DNA of 39,063 nt from an uncultured Acidimicrobiia bacterium (GTDB lineage Bacteria > Actinomycetota > Acidimicrobiia > Acidimicrobiales > SZUA-35). Below the pieces are notes generated by a model. The model worked only from the letters and a program-made list of their open reading frames with translations, ran no database searches and was not told the origin of the DNA. Position 1 is the stretch's first letter; every line of letters begins with the position of its first letter. Where the stretch lies: positions 1 through 39,063 of the forward strand of contig CALACD010000176.1 of assembly GCA_937890445.1 (NCBI GenBank). Direction: 5' to 3'. The position numbers and the translations under genes are program-made. Of the stretch, positions 9,229 to 17,933 are shown one piece after another.

Positions 9229-12200
9229 ATCGCTCAGGGCGTCGAGTTCCTCGTTGTCGAAATCGACGAGGTCGAAGCGAGTCGTGTTCGTTGCCGACAG
9301 CCCACCCTGGGAATCGGCAGCCAGGATCGTCAGGACAGCGCACGTCTTGTCGGCGATGGCCCGGACCTCGGCCGGAGGGATCTGATCGGGATGATGGTCC
9401 CAGGTCATCTGCAGCCGACCGTTCGAGACTGCGGCCATGAGACCGAGGTCGTGGGTCCGGTGATTGTGGGGATCGATACCGGCGGTGAGCGGTCCCAGCG
9501 TCTCGAATGGGTCGGGGAGGGGACCGGTTCGATCGATCTGACCCAGGTAGTTGCAGACGATGGGCGGCAGGGGTCGAGCTGTCGCCTCGTTGTCGAGCCA
9601 GCGATGGACGCCGTAACCCAAACCGTGATGCAGCGATCCTGCGGCCGATGCCGCGAGCCCGTCGAGGGTTGCGACAGGATCGGCGCCGAGGGGAACCTCC
9701 ACTGGGTGGAGACTGGTGAACCAGCCGACGGACCGTGACAGGTCGAGGTCGTGAGCCAGCCCGTCCTCACGTCCGTGACCTTCGATGGTGACCGACACGG
9801 TGCCGTCGATCGCGAACGACTCGGCTCCGTGAGCCAGGGCTGCGAGCAGGACATGCTGCATCGGGGTTCCCCGGCCGACACCGGCGATCAACGTCGCCGT
9901 CGTGTCCTGATCGAGTGTGACGGTGACGGTCTCGGTCTGTCCCTGGAGGTAGCTGCCCGATGGCGCCGTCGACCGGTCGGCGACGCCGGCGTCGTGCCAG
10001 AGAGCCCGTTCTGCCGAGAACTCGTCCGCCTCGGTCCAGCGGATCAACTGATCGGCCCACTGCCGCACCGAGGTCGACTTCGCCGGTAGCACGACGGTCT
10101 CCCCCCGGCCCAGCTGTGCATAGGCCGATGCCCAGTCCTCGAGCAGTGGTTGCCACGACACTGCGTCCATCACGAGATGGTGCACGGTCACGAAGATCTG
10201 GGGGCCCACATCGCCCACAGCAGGGAAGGCCACGATGGCCATCACGGGGCCTCGTTCGATGTCGAGAGCGGCCTCGGCCTCGGCCGCCGCCTTCTTCCGG
10301 GCCTCGCTGTCGAGATCCGGTTCGGTCGACACCAGCAGGGCATCGTCCTCCTGGTACCGCTGGACCAGCCGCCCATCGGGCGACCCGTGAATCCGAAGAC
10401 GCAAGCCATCGTGCTGGGCCGGAAGCGCCCGGGCAGCCTGGAGGAGTCGGTCACCGTCAGTCCCCGACGCCAGCTCGATCCATCGAGACTGGTTCCAGTG
10501 GTGAGGATTGTGGAGGTCGTGTTCGAAGAACCAGTGTTGGATCGGCAACAGGTCGACGTCACCGGTCAGCAGTCCCTGTTCGGCGCTGCTGGAGACCAGG
10601 GGTTCGGCTCGCGTCGCCAGTCGTGCGATGGTCGGGTGGTCGAAGACGTCTCGGGTCGACAACCGCCAGCCGCTGCGCCGCAATCGAGCCACGATCTGGA
10701 TACTCATGATCGAGTCGCCACCCAGGTCGAAGAAGTCTTGGTGCCGCCCGACCTCCCCGACACCGAGCACCTCGGCCCAGATGCGACACAACAACGTCTC
10801 GATCGGATGCTCGAGGTGGTTCGGCCCCACGGCTCCTCCGAGCGCGTCGGGTCTGGTCATCGTGCCATCTTCGACCCAGTCGGGTCCGGTCTCGGGAGGC
10901 GGCAGGGTCGAGCGGTCGATCTTGCCGTTCGGGGTCCGAGGAAAATGTTCCACCACGATCACGCGGCTGGGAATCATGGCCTCGGGGAGCACCTCGCGCA
11001 GCTGGCGCCGAACAGCGCTGGCTTCGGGCTGGGTCGCTCCTGCTGCCATGGAGATCCAGAGACCGAGCTGGTTCGAACCAGCGTTCTCCAGCACGCCGGC
11101 TGCCGCCTCGTGGACCCCAGGCAAACGGGCGGCGGCTCGTTCGACCTCTGCCAACTCGATCCGGTGGCCACGGATCTTCACCTGATCATCGATTCGACCG
11201 AGGAAGGCCAGCGTGCCGTCGTTCAGCCACTGCACCCGGTCTCCGGTGCGATAGTGCGCGGTGCCGTCGTCGAGGGGGCCGCGCAGGGCAACAAAACGTT
11301 CCTCGGTGAGGTCCGGTCGACCCAGGTAGCCGAGCGAGATCCCAGCACCACCGAGTACCAGCTCCCCGGGCTGTCCGACCGGTACGGGCCTACCCCGGCG
11401 GTCGAGCACGTGGGCGGTCATTCCGGGAATGACCCGACCGATCGGAACCGGTGACTCGCCCCCATCGTCAGAGATCTGATGGGCATGGCTCCAGACGGTC
11501 GCCTCGGTCGGGCCGTATTCGTTCCACAACGTGGCATGCGGACAGAGCCGAGCATGCGCCGGCGCCAAGGTGGCGGGGCATTCCTCGCCGGCAACGATGA
11601 CGGTCCGCAGGCTGCTCAACCGGCCACTGTCGGTCTCGTCCAGCAGTAATCGGTAGAACGACGGCAGCGTCAGGAGATGGGACACGTCGTCTCGCTCGAT
11701 CTGCTCCGCCAGCTGGCCTACGTCATCGTGGGTGCCGAGGTCGGGCAGAACCAGGGTGGCGCCGGTGCACAGACTCCAGAACAAGCCGACCATGGAACTG
11801 TCGAAGGCGAAGGACGACAACAGCAGGAACCGACCGACCGAGTCCGGATAGACGACAGACCGGGCAGCCGTGGACGCAGCGATGTTGCGGTGTGATACGA
11901 CGACACCCTTGGGTCGACCGGTGGAACCGGAGGTGAAGATCACGTAGGCCGGTAGGTCCGGATGGTGCTCGACCAGCGGAGGGCCAGGGTCGGGTGGGTC
12001 GGCTTCGGTTCCGATCGTGGCCAGGTCGACGAGGATCGAATCGGTCAGCTGGCCCATCGGCGCATCTGCGGTCTCACCTCGACCGAGCAGGACGGCGAGT
12101 TCGGCGTCCTCGACCATCTGAGTCACACGCGACGACGGGTAGTCGGGGTCGATGGGTACGTAGGCAGCACCGGCCTTGAGAATGGCCAGGACCCCGACGA

Positions 12201-15200
12201 CGGTGTCCGGGTGACGCTCGGCCACGAGTCCGACGCGTACACCGGGGCCGACGCCACGGACGACGAGCTCGTGGGCCACGAGGTTGGAGCGTCGCTCGAG
12301 CTGGTGGTACGAGAGCGATCCGGTCGAGGCGACCACGGCGACGTGGTCCGGTTGGGAGGCGGCGAACTCTTCGAACAGCTGGTGGATGGCCCGATCCGGC
12401 ACGACGAGGCCCTGACCGTGGCCCCAGACGGGTCGGTTCCAGTCGTGCAGGATCTGTTGCTGCTCGGTGTCATCGAGCAGTTCCAGGACATCGATGGCAT
12501 CGATGGCGTTGGTTGCCGCGACCCCGATCGCGAGATCTGGTGATTCACAGGCGGTTCGGAGCACGTGGTCGAACTCCGCTAGCACGTCAGCGGCAGCGGC
12601 GGCGGAAAGGAACGTGCCGGCGTACTCCAGGCCGAGTGTCAGCTCGTCGCCCTGAGCCTGGATGAAGAACGTTGCGTCCGTCACCGCCGATCCCGACGCC
12701 AGGATCTCGTGTTCGGCATCGAGCGAACCAAGCCGAGCCGGCGCCAGTTCCTCGAACGCCAGCATGATCGAGGCATGGGGGTGTTCCAGACCCAGGCGGC
12801 GCCGGTCGGCGACGATACGGGCGTAGGGGTAGGTGCGATGGCCCAGAGATCGACCGATGAGGTTGCTGCACTGTCGGCCCAGGTCCTGCAAGGATGCGCT
12901 CTCGTTGGTGGTGACCACCAGGGGCAACGTGTTCAGATAATAGCCGACCAATCCCTGTGCGAGGGGGTGATCGCGGGTCGAGGAAGTGATGGCGATGCCC
13001 AATCGATCCCCATCGCTGTAGCGACGAAGCGTTGTGGCCAAGGCGGCCAAGCAGGTCGCGAACGCGGTCCGGCCGACTCCGACTCGGAGCTGACCGAGGC
13101 CGACCGATGCTGCTCGCTGCACGTAGCCGTCCGAGCCTGCCTCGTCGAGATCGAACTGGAGCTGCGCCACCGGTTGGGCCAGTTCCGGACTCGACCAGAA
13201 TTCGGGGTCATCGGATGGCGTTTCTCGATCGTGGGCCCAACGTCGTTCCTGCCATGACGTGTGATCGGCGTAGTCGATGACGAGGGGTGCCAGCTGTTCC
13301 CCGGTGTAGATCTCCTCGACCTGGCTCCAGAGGTCGTCGAAGGTGGCAGCGTCGATCGAGACGTGGTGGAACACCAGGGCGATCCCGGTGCCGCCGTCGT
13401 CGAGAGAGCCGATGAGGCAGCGGCCGAGGGGTCCGGCTTCGAGATCGAACGGTTCGAGATGGAGCCGTCGAGCCCGATCGGCAAACGCTGCCGGGTCGAG
13501 CCGAGGCTGCCCGGGCTCGATGGTGCAGTCGATCGCTTTCTCGGGCGTGAGCCTGATGCGTGGTTCGGAGAACGTCCAGTGGAGGGGAACATGTCGAGCA
13601 ATGACGGCGCGTAGCGCCTGCACGAACCGATCGGCATCGATCGGTCCGGCGATGCGGTAGCGACGGCCCACGTTGTACCGAGGATCGGTGGGGTCGGCGA
13701 AGTGCTCGAACAGGAGGGACTGCTCGCCACTCGACAGGGGAGGAGGGTCGCCGGCGGGACGGGAAGAGGGAGCATCCTCGGACTGTTCGAGAAGTTCGAT
13801 CGCCGCTGCCAGTTGCCTCGGTGTTGCGTGGAGGAACGCAAGATCTTCCCGAATCGTCTTCCCGAGCAGGCTGCTGAGTTCGACCACCATCCGCAACGCG
13901 GCCAGTGAGTCACCGCCGAGGGCGAAGAAATCGTCGTCGATCCCGATCGGCTCCACGGCGAGGTGGGCTTCCCACAGTCCTATGATGGTGGATTCCAGGG
14001 GCGACTGGGCCGAAACGTAGAGCGACGGACCGGTCCGGTGCACACGTTTCGGAGCGGGCAGAGCTGCGGTGTCGACCTTGCCGTTCGAGGTGAGTTTGAT
14101 CTCGTCGACGAGGACGAAGGCCGCCGGCACCGCATGCTTCGGCAGCTTGCCGGCCAGGAAGGTGCGTAGAGCCGTGCCGTCGAGATGTGCGCCGTCGAGA
14201 TGTGCGCCGTCGAGGCCGGCCGGTTCGATCCAGGCCGTCAGGAGTCGGCGGGGACGGGGGAAGTGGCCGACCGTCTCGAGCATGGAGGTCACCGTGGTGA
14301 GGTCCGACCGGTCGTCCAGCTCGGCCAGGGCCTCGTGCCGGGTCTTGTGTCCGAGCCGGACATCCCACGCATAGGGCACTGCATAGTTGTGAAAGCCCTG
14401 TTCGATGATGTGGTTGTGGATCCCTGCTGCGTTGATCAGACAGTTTGTCGAGCGCCCGGTGTCGGCCGGACGGGTCCAGGGCGCCCGCTTCTCGAGGAAC
14501 TCGAGCAAGTCGGCCAACTCGACATCGACGTAGCGGTAGAAGTCGACGTACTGCACTCGATCGAAGACATCGGGAGCAGCTCCCGCGGCCTCGGGCTGAT
14601 CGAACACCGTCGTATCGAGCAGCCGGTTCGGGCCGTCGTCGAGTCGATGATAGACCCGTCGGGCGGCGAGGGTCGCAGCGTCGATGGCGTCGGGATCGAA
14701 CCGACCCTCGGCGAACTGTTCGGGTACCAGCCGAGTCTCGAAGAGCTGGCCCCGGGACAGTCCGGTGACGATCAGGGGTGCTCCGACCTCGACGGCCCGA
14801 GTCGTGGCGAGGGTGTAGATGGTCTTGTAGCAGCCGTGGCACACATTGGAGTGGCGCTCCAGGCTGTCGCGAAAGATCTCGTTCATCACCTCGGACGTGA
14901 TGAACTCATGGTCGATGCCGAGATCGGCGATCGACCGTCGGACGTTGTCCTTGGCTCCCTCGGAGATGAAGCCGTTGTCCAGCGTCAGGCAGAGCACGTC
15001 GAAACCCATCTCGACCAGCCGATACAGCGCATAGGTCGAGTCCTTGCCGCCGCTGAGCAGGTGGATGGCGTCGTAGTCGCCCGTCCGTTGCGAACGCGCG
15101 GTGTCCCGCAGAACCCGCAGGTCGTTCTCGGTCCGGAACCAGCTGGCGGCCTGGGGTCGAATGGCGTCGTAGGCATGACAGCTGTCGCAGACGCCGTCGG

Positions 15201-17895
15201 CGTCGAAGTGCACGCCGGGGACGTTGTCGGGAAGGCCGCAACGTACACAGTGTCGACTCGACATCGAGTGGGCCGGCTCCCACAGACGCACGACGGCGCG
15301 ACCGACGGCGGGGTGCTGGGTCAACGCGTGTTCGACTTCGGTGGGATCGAGACGGATTCCGCCCACCTTGACTTGTTCGTCGGCCCTTCCGAGATAGACC
15401 AGGGTCTGGTCGTCGCAGAGGCGGACCAGGTCGCCCGACCGATAGAAGCGACGGCCATCGAGTTCGACGAAGGGCTGTTCACCTGGATCGGTCACAGGTC
15501 CCAGGTACCCGGTCGTCAGGCCCCGATGGGCGATGTGGAGCTGGCCGACGGCTCCGATCGGCGCCGGCTGGTCGTAGGCGTCGAGCACCCGCAACTCGAC
15601 TCCTGGCGCCGGGATTCCGATCGGCACGTCAGCTTGGTCTGCTCCCGGTTCGGCCCGATGGATCATGCAGCCCACGACCGCCTCGGTCGGCCCGTACTCG
15701 TTGAAGATGGTCACGTCGCCCAGCACGGCCCACAAGCGCTCCGCCAGGTGGGTACCGAAGGCTTCTCCACCGACGACGAGGGTTCGCAACCCGTGCTGAC
15801 CTCGACCGTCCCCCAACATGCGAACCAGCAGTTCCAGATGCGACGGCGTGGCCTTGGCCCAGGTGATGTCTTCGTCGTCCGCCAGCAGGCGGAGCCCGGC
15901 CGGGCCATCGGGCTCGATGACGACCAGCGATCCTCCGGCCAGGACGGGCACGAAGAGAGACGTGACCGTGAGGTCGAAGGTGACTGCGCTGAACAACGCA
16001 CCGACGGGTGGTGGCCCTTCCGGTACGTAGGAGGCACGGGCGAAGGCCAAGTAGTCGGCAAGGCCCTGATGCGAGATGGGCACACCCTTCGGTTCCCCGG
16101 TGGAACCCGAGGTGAAGAGAAGGTAGGCCTCGTCGTCGGGCCCGGGGTCGCCGAGGGGAAGTCCCGGGGAATCGCTGGTCCGGGACTCGAGTTGGGCGAG
16201 CAGAGGCGGGTCCAGCACCAGGGCACACCCGGCTCGCTCCACCAGGCGTCGTCGCCGCTCGTCCGGGTGGCTCGGATCGAGCGGCACATAGGACGCACCA
16301 GCGACCAGGGTTGCGTAGATCCCGACGACCAGATCGACCGAACGAGCCATGTCGACGGCCACCCGTGCCCCCGGTCCGATGCCCGACGCCCGTAGCGAGG
16401 ACGCGACCCTCGTCACCCGGTCCCAGAGTTCGGATCCGGTGGCCGAACCGGAAGCGTCGCGCATTACGAGCGAGCTCCGGTTCTGGAGGGCAGCGCGCAG
16501 AGAAGGCACGACCATGTCGGCGGGGGAGTCGGCCAGTGCAGCCCCGGCACCGGTGCCCCATGCCTCGATGACGGCGAGCTCCTCGGCGGCCGGGAGCACG
16601 ACCGATCCGATCGGCTGGGTCGGATCGGTGACGATGGCCTCGAGAAGGCGTCCGAAGTGCTCGACCATACGGGCCGACTGGGGGCCGACTGCACAGGCCT
16701 CGTTGATGTCGAGGTGCAGCGCCGGCTGCAACCCGAACCGGGAGAACTGGACGCGGAGAAGGTGACCGGGGTCGACGGCCCCGCTGTGTATCCAGACGAC
16801 CTCGGCCCCTACGTCGCCGAAGCGGAGCGGGTTCGACGACGGCAGCAGGTTCACGATGACACGACAGTCGGCGGTCGACGGTCCGGTGCCGGCGCCGGTA
16901 TGGCGGAGGGTCGACAGCATCGACTGACCGATCCGTTGGTGGAGCTGCGCGAACGAGTCGCCGGGGTCGATGCGAATGTCGATCGGATAGACCTCCATGA
17001 CCGGTCCGATGATCTCCCTGGTCGTCGGGTCGTTCCTGTTGTGCACCGGCAGGCCGATGGCGAATTCGTCGTTACCCGATACTCGGTGCAGAAGCGCTGC
17101 AGTCGCGGTGACCAACAGCGTCGACCAGCCCAGGTCCTCGCTCAACATCCGAAGCTCGCCTGCCAGCCTCTCGTCGATCCGGCCGAGCAGTTCGGCGTCC
17201 AGTTCGGCCTGGAAGCGATGGCTTTCGCACCGCGGAGACACGTCGCCGAGATACAGGGCTCCGAGGGCAGGTGGAGGCTGCCTGCGATGCCAGTGCTCGA
17301 CCGCTCTCTGGGTCCGCCGGTCGGTGCCCGCTGTCTTGGCATCAGCCCACCGATAGTACGATCCGAGGGTGACGTCGGTGTCGGCGTAGGCCTTGGCTGT
17401 CGCTTCGAAGACCAGCGTCGAGCTGGCGGCATCGGTGACGGTGTGATGAAGCCCGAGATACCACGTCGCAGTTCCGTCTTCGTGGGTCAACACGACGCTG
17501 TCGTAGCTGCAGATGGTCGTGTCGATCGGTACGCGAACTCGATCCCGGGCCCAGCGGTCGAAGTCGTCTCGGGGAAGCTCGATCGTCCTGGTCTCGGCGG
17601 GAATCGTCGACGGACCCACGACGACCCGGGGTTCTCCTCGATCGACGATGATGCGAGTTCGTAGCGCATCGGATTCGGCGACGACGGCAGCGAAGGCCCG
17701 GCCGAGTCGGTCGGCATCGATGGGGCCGTCGAAGTGGGCCGCCTCGGCCATGTTCTGCACCGGTTGGGTCGGGTTCTGCCGTTGTGACGCCCAGAGCGAC
17801 CGTTGGGCCTTCGTCAGCTCTCGTCCCACTCGAAGGGCGACCGGCGTCGGCCGGACGTGGCGTTCCGGCTCGGCTCCGCTCGACTCCAGGTTCAT
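9205..17895 (-). CDS. Bimodular NRPS C-A[PP-loop insertion]-T-C-A-T-E with C-terminal COM-like tail
   Basis: C1 HHTVTDA; A1 FTSGSTGEPKG/FDLTVTS/NEYGPTE interrupted after QVKVGGIRLDPTEVE; T1 GGDSL; C2 HHVSIDA; A2 FTSGSTGRPKG/FDSSMV; T2 GGDSI; E HHLVMDAVSW, EGHGRE, RSVGWFT. Start ATG 17895 chosen because the longer ORF overlaps the glycosyltransferase. Confidence 0.93.
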   Translation of the reverse strand: MNLESSGAEPERHVRPTPVALRVGRELTKAQRSLWASQRQNPTQPVQNMAEAAHFDGPIDADRLGRAFAAVVAESDALRTRIIVDRGEPRVVVGPSTIPAETRTIELPRDDFDRWARDRVRVPIDTTICSYDSVVLTHEDGTATWYLGLHHTVTDAASSTLVFEATAKAYADTDVTLGSYYRWADAKTAGTDRRTQRAVEHWHRRQPPPALGALYLGDVSPRCESHRFQAELDAELLGRIDERLAGELRMLSEDLGWSTLLVTATAALLHRVSGNDEFAIGLPVHNRNDPTTREIIGPVMEVYPIDIRIDPGDSFAQLHQRIGQSMLSTLRHTGAGTGPSTADCRVIVNLLPSSNPLRFGDVGAEVVWIHSGAVDPGHLLRVQFSRFGLQPALHLDINEACAVGPQSARMVEHFGRLLEAIVTDPTQPIGSVVLPAAEELAVIEAWGTGAGAALADSPADMVVPSLRAALQNRSSLVMRDASGSATGSELWDRVTRVASSLRASGIGPGARVAVDMARSVDLVVGIYATLVAGASYVPLDPSHPDERRRRLVERAGCALVLDPPLLAQLESRTSDSPGLPLGDPGPDDEAYLLFTSGSTGEPKGVPISHQGLADYLAFARASYVPEGPPPVGALFSAVTFDLTVTSLFVPVLAGGSLVVIEPDGPAGLRLLADDEDITWAKATPSHLELLVRMLGDGRGQHGLRTLVVGGEAFGTHLAERLWAVLGDVTIFNEYGPTEAVVGCMIHRAEPGADQADVPIGIPAPGVELRVLDAYDQPAPIGAVGQLHIAHRGLTTGYLGPVTDPGEQPFVELDGRRFYRSGDLVRLCDDQTLVYLGRADEQVKVGGIRLDPTEVEHALTQHPAVGRAVVRLWEPAHSMSSRHCVRCGLPDNVPGVHFDADGVCDSCHAYDAIRPQAASWFRTENDLRVLRDTARSQRTGDYDAIHLLSGGKDSTYALYRLVEMGFDVLCLTLDNGFISEGAKDNVRRSIADLGIDHEFITSEVMNEIFRDSLERHSNVCHGCYKTIYTLATTRAVEVGAPLIVTGLSRGQLFETRLVPEQFAEGRFDPDAIDAATLAARRVYHRLDDGPNRLLDTTVFDQPEAAGAAPDVFDRVQYVDFYRYVDVELADLLEFLEKRAPWTRPADTGRSTNCLINAAGIHNHIIEQGFHNYAVPYAWDVRLGHKTRHEALAELDDRSDLTTVTSMLETVGHFPRPRRLLTAWIEPAGLDGAHLDGAHLDGTALRTFLAGKLPKHAVPAAFVLVDEIKLTSNGKVDTAALPAPKRVHRTGPSLYVSAQSPLESTIIGLWEAHLAVEPIGIDDDFFALGGDSLAALRMVVELSSLLGKTIREDLAFLHATPRQLAAAIELLEQSEDAPSSRPAGDPPPLSSGEQSLLFEHFADPTDPRYNVGRRYRIAGPIDADRFVQALRAVIARHVPLHWTFSEPRIRLTPEKAIDCTIEPGQPRLDPAAFADRARRLHLEPFDLEAGPLGRCLIGSLDDGGTGIALVFHHVSIDAATFDDLWSQVEEIYTGEQLAPLVIDYADHTSWQERRWAHDRETPSDDPEFWSSPELAQPVAQLQFDLDEAGSDGYVQRAASVGLGQLRVGVGRTAFATCLAALATTLRRYSDGDRLGIAITSSTRDHPLAQGLVGYYLNTLPLVVTTNESASLQDLGRQCSNLIGRSLGHRTYPYARIVADRRRLGLEHPHASIMLAFEELAPARLGSLDAEHEILASGSAVTDATFFIQAQGDELTLGLEYAGTFLSAAAAADVLAEFDHVLRTACESPDLAIGVAATNAIDAIDVLELLDDTEQQQILHDWNRPVWGHGQGLVVPDRAIHQLFEEFAASQPDHVAVVASTGSLSYHQLERRSNLVAHELVVRGVGPGVRVGLVAERHPDTVVGVLAILKAGAAYVPIDPDYPSSRVTQMVEDAELAVLLGRGETADAPMGQLTDSILVDLATIGTEADPPDPGPPLVEHHPDLPAYVIFTSGSTGRPKGVVVSHRNIAASTAARSVVYPDSVGRFLLLSSFAFDSSMVGLFWSLCTGATLVLPDLGTHDDVGQLAEQIERDDVSHLLTLPSFYRLLLDETDSGRLSSLRTVIVAGEECPATLAPAHARLCPHATLWNEYGPTEATVWSHAHQISDDGGESPVPIGRVIPGMTAHVLDRRGRPVPVGQPGELVLGGAGISLGYLGRPDLTEERFVALRGPLDDGTAHYRTGDRVQWLNDGTLAFLGRIDDQVKIRGHRIELAEVERAAARLPGVHEAAAGVLENAGSNQLGLWISMAAGATQPEASAVRRQLREVLPEAMIPSRVIVVEHFPRTPNGKIDRSTLPPPETGPDWVEDGTMTRPDALGGAVGPNHLEHPIETLLCRIWAEVLGVGEVGRHQDFFDLGGDSIMSIQIVARLRRSGWRLSTRDVFDHPTIARLATRAEPLVSSSAEQGLLTGDVDLLPIQHWFFEHDLHNPHHWNQSRWIELASGTDGDRLLQAARALPAQHDGLRLRIHGSPDGRLVQRYQEDDALLVSTEPDLDSEARKKAAAEAEAALDIERGPVMAIVAFPAVGDVGPQIFVTVHHLVMDAVSWQPLLEDWASAYAQLGRGETVVLPAKSTSVRQWADQLIRWTEADEFSAERALWHDAGVADRSTAPSGSYLQGQTETVTVTLDQDTTATLIAGVGRGTPMQHVLLAALAHGAESFAIDGTVSVTIEGHGREDGLAHDLDLSRSVGWFTSLHPVEVPLGADPVATLDGLAASAAGSLHHGLGYGVHRWLDNEATARPLPPIVCNYLGQIDRTGPLPDPFETLGPLTAGIDPHNHRTHDLGLMAAVSNGRLQMTWDHHPDQIPPAEVRAIADKTCAVLTILAADSQGGLSATNTTRFDLVDFDNEELDALSDLLDGLDG
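14176..14214 (-). repeat. 15-bp tandem repeat x2.6 (LDGAH-LDGAH-LDG)
   Basis: gccgtcgagatgtgc x2 plus gccgtcgag, in frame, just after the insertion. Confidence 0.75.
14260..15270 (-). other. Inserted adenine-nucleotide alpha-hydrolase (PP-loop) domain, AlbIV/CysH AMDH-like
   Basis: CVRC (15238-15249)...CDSC, LLSGGKDST (SGGKDS 15037-15054), TLDNGF, CHGC, TGLSRGQ, STNC, between A8 and A9 motifs. Boundaries approximate. Confidence 0.8.
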
Positions 17896-17933
17896 GTTCT
17901 CGTATCGCTCCGTCGTCCGAGTTTCCTGCCGCT

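Noticed and set aside
14185-16395. 736 aa plus-strand ORF and other long antisense ORFs (e.g. 30938-33172, 202-1614, 10150-11454)
   Set aside because: Shadow ORFs expected opposite GC-rich genes; no motifs.
9205-17895. Calling the cluster albicidin/cystobactamid or bleomycin
   Set aside because: No pABA-type modules or pABA genes, no PKS, no cyclisation domains; only individual domain features are shared.
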